Source: a virus
Taxonomy: Duplodnaviria; Caudoviricetes
DNA: 41,789 nt
Strand: one strand, 5' to 3'
IMG/VR virus record: IMGVR_UViG_3300021560_000027
Coordinates: 1 to 41,789 of that record
The notes under the pieces were generated by a model, which was given only the letters and a program-made list of their open reading frames with translations, had not been told where the DNA came from and did no database searches. The position numbers and the translations under genes were made by a program. Of this stretch, positions 35,629 to 41,789 are shown piece by piece (position 1 is the first letter of the stretch; each line of letters begins with the position of its first letter).

Positions 35629-37505
35629 TCCTCTACTCCTGCCTCTACTCCTGCCCAGGCCCGGTGTTCTTCCGCTTCCATTCGCTTTTCGTGCTGCTCG
35701 GCAAAGAACGAGGAAACCACCCGGCCGATCATGGTCGCCTGCGGCTGCTCCTCGGCAATCTTTTCTTCCGAGGACACCCGATCATAGGTCTGCTCGGTGG
35801 AGATCATTCCTCCTCGGACCCAGGTAATCCAGGCGTGTACCGCCAAGGCGGCGGCAAAGACTCGATCGTCGTGGGCTCGGCCTTCGGCTCGGATTTCCGA
35901 GCCTTCCTGCACCACACGTTCCATTTCCTCAAGCAAGGGCACACTAAACAAATCCAGCATGTTGACGGCATACGTGTCGCGCAGCTCATTCATGATTTGC
36001 AGCTTGTTGTCTTGGTTAGTTTTCCAGTTGTAAACGTAACCGGCCCCCATCGAGTCGGCGCGATGGTAAAGAAACCATCTGACAGCGCCAAAGATATCTC
36101 CCAAGTCGCGATTCGGTTGCTCAAGTCCGGGAAGCATTCGCATGTCGAGTAATTGACGCAAATGCCGTAATTCATCCATGATGGCGAAGCCGGGGCCAGA
36201 GACTTCCAGATTGATAATAACATTTTTATAGGCCCCAGCGAGATGCGCCATCACCCAAGCGCATTGGTAGGTTTCCGGGATGCCGGTTGCGAACTCAGCC
36301 ACTTGGACAAGGCGGTCCGCGTAGCATCTAAAAACTTCGATAGCGTGTCGGTCTTTGTCCTCTCGTCCATATGCCGTGTCGACACCCATAACATAAACGC
36401 CGTTAGGATGAGGTTCCTCCCATATTCGCAGGTCAGCATTCTTTGTACTATCAACAGGCTCAAGTCGGGTGGCATCGAATTTGATTCCGATGTCGTATCG
36501 ATAAGCCTTAAGTGGGATGGTTTCTTCATGGATGAACCGCAGATTAGAGGTAACCCGGCGCAACGGAAAGAACGCGCGGCCGGTCATGATGAAAGCTTCG
36601 TGCGAGGTCGACGGATAATTCTGCCGCATCAAATCCGGATCGATGATCTCGACTGTTCGCATGTAGCGATGCCAGGCCCATTGCTCGGGCGTGATCAAAT
36701 GCTTTGACTCTTCGCTGACCGCGGCCGCAATTTCGTTTTCTTCCGGCGTTGTCGCGCCGTCCCACCAGCGTTTGAATTCCGGCGTTTCCTTAGCGAACGA
36801 ATAATGCTCTTTAAGAAACCAGCCAAGAAAGAACAGTCCTTGGGTGACATTGTCGGTCTGCGCCGAGACGCACATGTCGTACCATTCGTTTCCAAATCCA
36901 CGAGCAGTACTTTCCCAGATGTAAAGTCGATGCGGATGCTTTTGAGCAAGAGACGCCTTGAGATTTGCAATATCTGCTTCTGTCGAGCCCCAGTTAGAGA
37001 CCTCAGTGGCGTGTACAAAGTTAAGAGCACGGGAGGTTCCTAATGAGCCTTTCTTGCCGCGGGTGCCTGCAACCAGATAATCGATAACCGATCCATTCAT
37101 GAGAACGAGATTGTTACGGTTGTGTTGTTTAATCCCGACTCGCAGGCCTCGCGGGAGGCTTTGAATATATTGCTCAAGTAATATTCGAAATTTGTCCCGG
37201 TTGCCGTCTGTGTCCGTAATGATGGACCCTTGTAGACGATCGTGCACCGACGCCCAGAAAACGTCGAGTGCCAATGAAATTGTGCTGATACCAAGTTGTC
37301 GGGATTTGAGACAGCAGAAGGTCCGGATGCCGCGGTCAAGTCCAGCGGCAATTTCCTCGAGGAACCGGTATTGCGCAGTATAAAGGACGTCCAGAAGCGG
37401 TACAGGGCGCGCACTATCCAGTTCCTTCGACGAGATGGTCATGCCGCCGAGGAAATCGAGAAAGCATGCCATCCACTCCGGTTTAGCGATTTGTGTCTTG
37501 TTCAT
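35625..37505 (-). CDS. terL: Terminase large subunit
   Basis: LKSRQLGIST (Walker A), VHATE (Walker B), WESTA (motif III), GVDTA nuclease Asp, HDDRV. Confidence 0.92.
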   Translation of the reverse strand: MNKTQIAKPEWMACFLDFLGGMTISSKELDSARPVPLLDVLYTAQYRFLEEIAAGLDRGIRTFCCLKSRQLGISTISLALDVFWASVHDRLQGSIITDTDGNRDKFRILLEQYIQSLPRGLRVGIKQHNRNNLVLMNGSVIDYLVAGTRGKKGSLGTSRALNFVHATEVSNWGSTEADIANLKASLAQKHPHRLYIWESTARGFGNEWYDMCVSAQTDNVTQGLFFLGWFLKEHYSFAKETPEFKRWWDGATTPEENEIAAAVSEESKHLITPEQWAWHRYMRTVEIIDPDLMRQNYPSTSHEAFIMTGRAFFPLRRVTSNLRFIHEETIPLKAYRYDIGIKFDATRLEPVDSTKNADLRIWEEPHPNGVYVMGVDTAYGREDKDRHAIEVFRCYADRLVQVAEFATGIPETYQCAWVMAHLAGAYKNVIINLEVSGPGFAIMDELRHLRQLLDMRMLPGLEQPNRDLGDIFGAVRWFLYHRADSMGAGYVYNWKTNQDNKLQIMNELRDTYAVNMLDLFSVPLLEEMERVVQEGSEIRAEGRAHDDRVFAAALAVHAWITWVRGGMISTEQTYDRVSSEEKIAEEQPQATMIGRVVSSFFAEQHEKRMEAEEHRAWAGVEAGVEE

Positions 37506-37680
37506 CCTTACACTTCGGACACAGCCAGATCGGGCGGTTGTTCTCAAGTCGCCGAGCTAGTTCCTCGTTATGCAGCAAAGTCGGTGGCGCCACCACCCCA
37601 CATTTAATGCAAACCGCGAAGGTATATCTGAAAAATGTTTCAGTCATCCGAACCACAATTGATAACGTTTCTTGCGCCAC
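37483..37680 (-). CDS. Small Zn-ribbon hypothetical protein
   Basis: CIKCG...WLCPKC. Confidence 0.5.
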   Translation of the reverse strand: MAQETLSIVVRMTETFFRYTFAVCIKCGVVAPPTLLHNEELARRLENNRPIWLCPKCKDEQDTNR

Positions 37681-37862
37681 GAGAACCTAATCTGACAACC
37701 TTTAAGCGTGCGATTGGCCCGATGGATGGCTACCCGGATGCAGGACTTTGCATATTCCGGTTCCCTGGCGCCGCGATAGACCTCAGCAACGAGATCATCC
37801 GCGCCGATCCCATAAGGAAACCGTAACAACGCCGACATTATATTATCTTGCAGGACTTTCAT
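37644..37862 (-). CDS. Small winged-helix-like protein
   Basis: L..EVY.G..EP....CIRVAIHRAN..L...I......YQL resembles OmpR-type wHTH. Confidence 0.55.
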   Translation of the reverse strand: MKVLQDNIMSALLRFPYGIGADDLVAEVYRGAREPEYAKSCIRVAIHRANRTLKGCQIRFSWRKKRYQLWFG

Positions 37863-38175
37863 TCTTCCGCTCAGCCTCGATGTGCAGGACCCATTCGGAA
37901 TGCGGGGCCGGCCACAGATAAAGCTTTAGCCCATCCATCATGTAAGAATTGGGCACACCGCGAAGGAGCGCCGGGCCATCTTCACGCAACTCGCCGCGAT
38001 CATTAACGCCGTGCTGCTCGCGGAAGGTTTTCTCATCGAGGCGATTAAGGGGCCAAGTACGATCGCGCATGCCTTTGATGCCTACCATGGTGATGGTATG
38101 GCCGTAGGCTTCCTGAATATGCAGCTTCCACTCGCCAGGGATTAGTTTCTTTTCAATTGTCTTCATCATCTTCAC
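37843..38175 (-). CDS. Hypothetical protein
   Basis: Co-oriented, overlapping operon gene. Confidence 0.55.
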   Translation of the reverse strand: MKMMKTIEKKLIPGEWKLHIQEAYGHTITMVGIKGMRDRTWPLNRLDEKTFREQHGVNDRGELREDGPALLRGVPNSYMMDGLKLYLWPAPHSEWVLHIEAERKNESPAR

Positions 38176-38344
38176 TCAAGTATCCAGCAACCGCCGGCCG
38201 ACGAGAGGCGGTCTCATTAACCGTCGGGATCGGGCGCCACTCCGTCAATCCCGAACCCTGGATCCACAATTGAAAAGTCACTCCGTCACGGTTCTCTAAC
38301 CACATGGTCGGGATCCACTGGGTTTGCTCGATCATTTCAGACAT
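38153..38344 (-). CDS. Hypothetical protein
   Basis: ATG 38344 overlaps the upstream stop region. Confidence 0.5.
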   Translation of the reverse strand: MSEMIEQTQWIPTMWLENRDGVTFQLWIQGSGLTEWRPIPTVNETASRRPAVAGYLSEDDEDN

Positions 38345-38588
38345 GGAACCCGTTATCCCGGCAGGCCGCCAAATTAAGCACCCGCCTTTCCTCTTCATTC
38401 AAGCGCAAGGTTTCGCAGATCCGTTGCAGTTGCAACGACGGAACGCTCCTCGAGCCCGTGCCAATCTGACACAGAAATTGCTTGGTTAGTTTATAACCGC
38501 GGCGTTCCATCGCCTTGGCAAGGTGAGTATAGTTGGTTTGCTTGAGCACCAAAATTTTCTGGAACGCCAAGGGAAATTGCCGCATCAC
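38337..38588 (-). CDS. XRE-family HTH protein
   Basis: LAKAM....LTKQFLCQIGTGSRSVPSLQLQRICETL.L. Confidence 0.65.
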   Translation of the reverse strand: MMRQFPLAFQKILVLKQTNYTHLAKAMERRGYKLTKQFLCQIGTGSRSVPSLQLQRICETLRLNEEERRVLNLAACRDNGFHV

Positions 38589-38704
38589 ACTTTCTCGCTA
38601 AGGGCGGCGTCGATCATGGCGCGTATGCGGCCACTTACCACCACAAGGATAACACCCATCCCCAATAATGCGCCGATAAAGAACCCGAAAAGAAAACTGG
38701 TCAT
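38585..38704 (-). CDS. Small single-TM peptide (39 aa)
   Basis: MTSFLFGFFIGALLGMGVILVVVSGRIRAMIDAALSEKV; coupled at both ends. Confidence 0.55.
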   Translation of the reverse strand: MTSFLFGFFIGALLGMGVILVVVSGRIRAMIDAALSEKV

Positions 38705-38913
38705 TTCCCCTCCACCACGCGCGTCAAGTTGCCATGTTCGTCTGCGTGCCAGTTGCCGCTGGCCTCAAGTTCTTTTTGGAATCTGTTCCAACGGGCATAG
38801 GCCTTAGCCAATTCTTCCTGTGTCTGTTGCCAGCACTCCAGAATGTGGTCGCGCTCAGCGGTGAGCGTATTAACCAGATCAACCGCGTCGTGCCATTCAT
38901 CCTCGCAGCTCAT
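38701..38913 (-). CDS. Hypothetical coiled-coil protein
   Basis: ggagg RBS; ATGA coupling. Confidence 0.55.
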   Translation of the reverse strand: MSCEDEWHDAVDLVNTLTAERDHILECWQQTQEELAKAYARWNRFQKELEASGNWHADEHGNLTRVVEGK

Positions 38914-39092
38914 TGCTCCTCCAAGGCAGCGTCGATCATGGCTTGCCCGTGGTATTCGATGCGCTTAATCGTCCCGTTGGGATAGTATTCGATTGCCTTA
39001 ATACGGGGACATACCGACCCATGATACATGCCACAATGCCCACAAAACTGTGGTGCGCCTGAGAGGGGGTCTGTGATGCCCGTAGTTGTCAT
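38910..39092 (-). CDS. Small Cys/His protein
   Basis: CGHCG.YH...CPRIKAIEYYPNGTIKRIEY. Confidence 0.6.
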   Translation of the reverse strand: MTTTGITDPLSGAPQFCGHCGMYHGSVCPRIKAIEYYPNGTIKRIEYHGQAMIDAALEEQ

Positions 39093-39367
39093 TTGTCCCC
39101 CAAGGCGCGACGGACCTCGGCTAATTCCGCCGTTAGTCGCGCGATCTCGATCATGTGCAGCTCGCGCTCCGCAATCAGCTTTGCGACCTTGGCTAGTTCT
39201 TCTTCTGGCAAATCCCTGCCTTGCCGTGATTTTTGTCCAGGCAATCCAGCGCCGAATTGTAGTCGCACAAAGTCTTTCCAGTCATGCCCTCGATCCAGCA
39301 CCACTGACCGCTCCCGCTGGAAACAGCAGTCACTGTGATAGCCACATAGAGGACGATCATCATTCAT
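39089..39367 (-). CDS. Hypothetical protein
   Basis: ATGA coupling downstream. Confidence 0.5.
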   Translation of the reverse strand: MNDDRPLCGYHSDCCFQRERSVVLDRGHDWKDFVRLQFGAGLPGQKSRQGRDLPEEELAKVAKLIAERELHMIEIARLTAELAEVRRALGDK

Positions 39368-39393
39368 TAGCCTTTGTAAACTGATTTGTTACT

Positions 39394-40026
39394 TTAAGTC
39401 AATCGGTAAACTTCGCCAAACGGATGCTGCTTGCCAATGAAATCCCAAACCTGGCCAGTCTCCCCCAAATACCGCCGCCAGGCCTCCCGCTCCCCATAAT
39501 GCCCCTGATTGAACTCATCAAAAACAATGATCGATCCACTTACGAATCGATCCATAAGACAATGCAGTACAAAAATGCAGGAACAATAGAGATCACTATC
39601 AATGTGTACAAAACCCACGGGGCCAAGGTGATCACGTAAAAACTCCTCTAACGTGTCGCCAAACAACCCCTCAATTAGCTCCACATTAGCCGGCAAATCT
39701 GACGGTTTCTTGCATATCAATGCCCGCCTTCTGTCCGCCGGATTCCAGTCATGCGGTAACCCTCCCCACCAATCAAAGCCATATATAATGTCTTGTGGGC
39801 GATTAAGTGCGAGCTCCTTAATGCTCTTCCCGGTTGCAACCCCAAACTCCAGAATCAAACCCGGCGGCACGTCCTTAACTAACTTGTCTAACCCGCAATC
39901 CACTCCAACCCTCTGAAATACCTGCCGCCCCTCATGATAAAATACCCAAACCTCCGTCCCATCCCCCATCCTTAAATGCCGCTCCTCAACATCCACACAA
40001 ATCCCCTCAATCACTAGACTTGGCAT
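39394..40026 (-). CDS. TylF/NovP-like (Methyltransf_24) O-methyltransferase
   Basis: LEFGVATGKS, YGFD.W.GLP.DW, GLFGDTL, HIDSDLY, VFDEF. Confidence 0.85.
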   Translation of the reverse strand: MPSLVIEGICVDVEERHLRMGDGTEVWVFYHEGRQVFQRVGVDCGLDKLVKDVPPGLILEFGVATGKSIKELALNRPQDIIYGFDWWGGLPHDWNPADRRRALICKKPSDLPANVELIEGLFGDTLEEFLRDHLGPVGFVHIDSDLYCSCIFVLHCLMDRFVSGSIIVFDEFNQGHYGEREAWRRYLGETGQVWDFIGKQHPFGEVYRLT

Positions 40027-40339
40027 TACGCTTCCTCTTCCTGTAATTCCTCATGTACTCCTTCATGTAGCCCCGGTGATACAAGTTGCGGTCGAACTTG
40101 GAAGACCTCCCCACAGACGGCGCAGATCGCGCGGAAACCGTCTCCTTCCCACCAGAGGCTAAATCGGTTCTCTCGGCACTCGGAACAGAGAATCCCAGAT
40201 CGCATTTGTGTACCCTTCCAACTAAAGCATAAAGCTTCCCACACTCCGGACACTTGCCCCCTAACGTCGAAGCCGCTGCCCCAAATTTAGATGACGGTTC
40301 CCCAAGCTGAACCTTCTCAATCTTCGGATTAATTACCAT
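40007..40339 (-). CDS. Hypothetical protein (Zn knuckle, basic tail)
   Basis: CPECG...VHKC; DRNLYHRGYMKEYMRNYRKRK. Confidence 0.6.
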   Translation of the reverse strand: MVINPKIEKVQLGEPSSKFGAAASTLGGKCPECGKLYALVGRVHKCDLGFSVPSAERTDLASGGKETVSARSAPSVGRSSKFDRNLYHRGYMKEYMRNYRKRKRNAKSSD

Positions 40340-40341
40340 GC

Positions 40342-40376
40342 GTTAGTACTAACATGTGTTAGGCCTAACATGTCAA
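40342..40376. promoter_or_regulatory. Tandem palindromic operator-like repeats overlapping a minus-strand TTGACA
   Basis: gttagtactaacatgt (40342-40357) and gttaggcctaacatgt (40358-40373); tgtcaa at 40371-40376. Confidence 0.6.
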
Positions 40377-40588
40377 ACTTTTCCGGGGTATAAAGGGTTG
40401 GGGGGGCAACATTTTCCACTTCGCCGACCCATCCCCCCGGGGGCCTCCCTGCCCCCAGGCAGGGCCGGACATGTTCTACAGACAGATATCAAGCATTGAT
40501 ATCATTGAAGAAATTAGGATTTAGTCGTCAGTCTAGTCGTCAAGCTGTTGCTTTACAGCGGTATCAAACAGTAACTAAGTACCTATTT

Positions 40589-40604
40589 TGTTTCACGTGA
40601 AACA
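40589..40604. promoter_or_regulatory. parS: parS site (perfect chromosomal consensus)
   Basis: TGTTTCACGTGAAACA, a 16/16 match to the widespread bacterial parS palindrome, in an AT-rich intergenic region. Confidence 0.85.
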
Positions 40605-40651
40605 TTGTTAGTCGTTGCACAACGAAAGCCGGTTGTTAGTTGGTTGTTAGA

Positions 40652-40664
40652 TATCAAGTAGTTA
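40652..40664 (+). promoter_or_regulatory. IHF-consensus site
   Basis: TATCAAgtagTTA fits WATCAANNNNTTR; related TATCAA elements near 40487 and 40562. Confidence 0.45.
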
Positions 40665-40665
40665 A

Positions 40666-41163
40666 CTAATCTTTAGGTATATTGGTTTGGTTATCTGGTA
40701 GGAATGGAGTGAATCTTGGGGTGTTAATTCGAACGCCTACTATGTTTAGGAGGTCTCTGGGGGGTTCTTGGGTGGGCGTGGGTGATGGTTCGAGAGTGGG
40801 GGTATTTGGGGCAGGTTCGATCGAAGGCTTATCCTGGGTTATTTCTGCTTGGTTGCGGGCTATTGTGGCGAGGATCTTGGCCAGGTTCTCGAGACTGATT
40901 ACTGCGAGGCTTGGTTTTCGATCGGCTTGGAGCACAAGCAAGTCAGCATCACTAAGGTATTTGTAGACGAGGCTAAAGCCGGCTTTGCGCACTTTGGATT
41001 CGACGCGCAGGGTTTGGTTAGCGAGCCTTACCTCCACATCCTGCTTAAAACCTCCCGCGGAGCCGCTTAGCGGCACTCGATAGGCGTCAAGGCCGTGAGC
41101 TCGGAACAGATCCACCAGAGCTCGTTCGGCGCGATCGCCTTTCTGCTTAAAACGGTTCGGCAT
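40666..41163 (-). CDS. Holliday junction resolvase-like PD-(D/E)XK nuclease
   Basis: KQKG.RAER......G..A.RVPLSG...DV...VESK (Hjc-like); Pro/Thr-rich tail. Confidence 0.8.
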   Translation of the reverse strand: MPNRFKQKGDRAERALVDLFRAHGLDAYRVPLSGSAGGFKQDVEVRLANQTLRVESKVRKAGFSLVYKYLSDADLLVLQADRKPSLAVISLENLAKILATIARNQAEITQDKPSIEPAPNTPTLEPSPTPTQEPPRDLLNIVGVRINTPRFTPFLPDNQTNIPKD

Positions 41164-41211
41164 CGGCACCACATCCTCGGCAGGCCACAACGGCCGCACA
41201 ACTTGTCTGGA

Positions 41212-41430
41212 TCATACGGGCTCAAAGTTGTCCTTGAAGTATTGGGCGGCGACTAACCATCGATCCGCGTAATTCTTGGGGTTTCGAGCGATCATATCGC
41301 CCAATTTCGGACTACCGGCATTGCGATCGGCCACAGATATCGAGACGCCACTTAGATCCTCACCATCCTGGTAAGGCCGCATCTCAGCAATCTGCGTACG
41401 ACGGTATTGCGCGTAGTCGTTCAGCAGCAT
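41212..41430 (-). CDS. Hypothetical protein
   Basis: 72 aa; GDMIARNP.N..D.WLV...YF..NFE. Confidence 0.65.
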   Translation of the reverse strand: MLLNDYAQYRRTQIAEMRPYQDGEDLSGVSISVADRNAGSPKLGDMIARNPKNYADRWLVAAQYFKDNFEPV

Positions 41431-41518
41431 TTACAAGAGTTTAAACCGATCCAGAAGATTGTCAATATTTGTAGAAAGATTGCTTGACAGAGGCTTGGTG
41501 ATGTGCATGATGATAATC
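41431..41518. promoter_or_regulatory. Back-to-back divergent sigma70-like promoters
   Basis: Minus: TTGACA (41465-41460) -16- TAAACT. Plus: TTGACA (41484-41489) -16- CATGAT. Each -10 is 7 nt from an ATG with no RBS. Confidence 0.55.
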
Positions 41519-41734
41519 ATGAGAAAAGAGCTGCTGATCGATAGAATTTATCAAACTAGGATTTTAGGACTGGAAGCGAGAATCCATTACGTCCCGCGGC
41601 GCAAGCATTACGAAATAAGCATTTACGATAATCAAGATCGAGAATCCAAGCGTCCGCTAGTAACACCAGAATATAAAATTTACCGTGACGAAGCCATAGC
41701 CGCTGCCAAAGCAATGGCCAAATCAGACTTTTAA
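41519..41734 (+). CDS. Hypothetical protein (its 3' part is repeated at 1-68)
   Basis: MRKELLIDRIYQ...AKSDF. Confidence 0.6.
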   Translation: MRKELLIDRIYQTRILGLEARIHYVPRRKHYEISIYDNQDRESKRPLVTPEYKIYRDEAIAAAKAMAKSDF

Positions 41735-41789
41735 GGAGTATAAAAGAAAAAGCGCACCCAATTAGAGCCCATCCCCCCGATGACCCCGC
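41667..41789. repeat. Terminal direct repeat, right copy
   Basis: Identical to 1-123. Confidence 0.97.

Noticed and set aside
18315-37690. Many plus-strand ORFs of 60-230 aa opposite the structural genes (e.g. 22477-23163, 25957-26619)
   Set aside because: Antisense shadows of GC-rich real genes, with no motifs or RBS support
38603-38942. 18-bp near-identical repeat ggc(g/a)gcgtcgatcatggc at ~38603 and ~38925
   Set aside because: Both copies encode the same C-terminal AMIDAAL peptide of small genes; a coding relic rather than an att site
40662-40676. CtrA box (TTAA-N7-TTAA)
   Set aside because: Only an imperfect match (TTAA-N7-TTAG) overlapping a stop codon in an AT-rich tract
1-41789. CRISPR array, tRNA or rRNA genes
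   Set aside because: No regularly spaced repeats or cloverleaf with T-loop/acceptor stem seen by eye; tRNAscan was not run

Overview
The window is an apparently complete, circularly permuted genome of a tailed dsDNA phage. Bases 1-123 repeat exactly at 41667-41789, giving a unit length of 41,666 bp. The layout is podovirus-like: terminase, portal, scaffold, major capsid, adaptor, tail nozzle, three ejection-type proteins and several fibre/spike genes on the minus strand, with no tape measure. An alphaproteobacterial host is a guess from gene style. The main result is a dispersed, phage-encoded nonulosonic (sialic-acid-like) glycosylation system. It consists of (i) a coupled operon of NeuB-family synthase, cytidylyltransferase, DegT-family aminotransferase, a HiPIP-like 59-aa protein and an SDR (6420-10098); (ii) a Maf/DUF115-type putative glycosyltransferase plus a SAM methyltransferase inside the head module, between two Thr-rich virion proteins (25005-28796); and (iii) a TylF-type O-methyltransferase (39394-40026). 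This suggests the virion is O-glycosylated with a modified nonulosonate, which is an inference. I recognise no integrase, polymerase, primase/helicase or ParA/ParB. The genome does carry a perfect chromosomal parS palindrome (40589-40604), an IHF-consensus site, a stand-alone DnaA domain-IV protein with a perfect DnaA box in its gene, a CRP-type palindrome and a ~340-nt highly structured intergenic RNA candidate. All protein calls come from motifs read by eye; no database searches were run.
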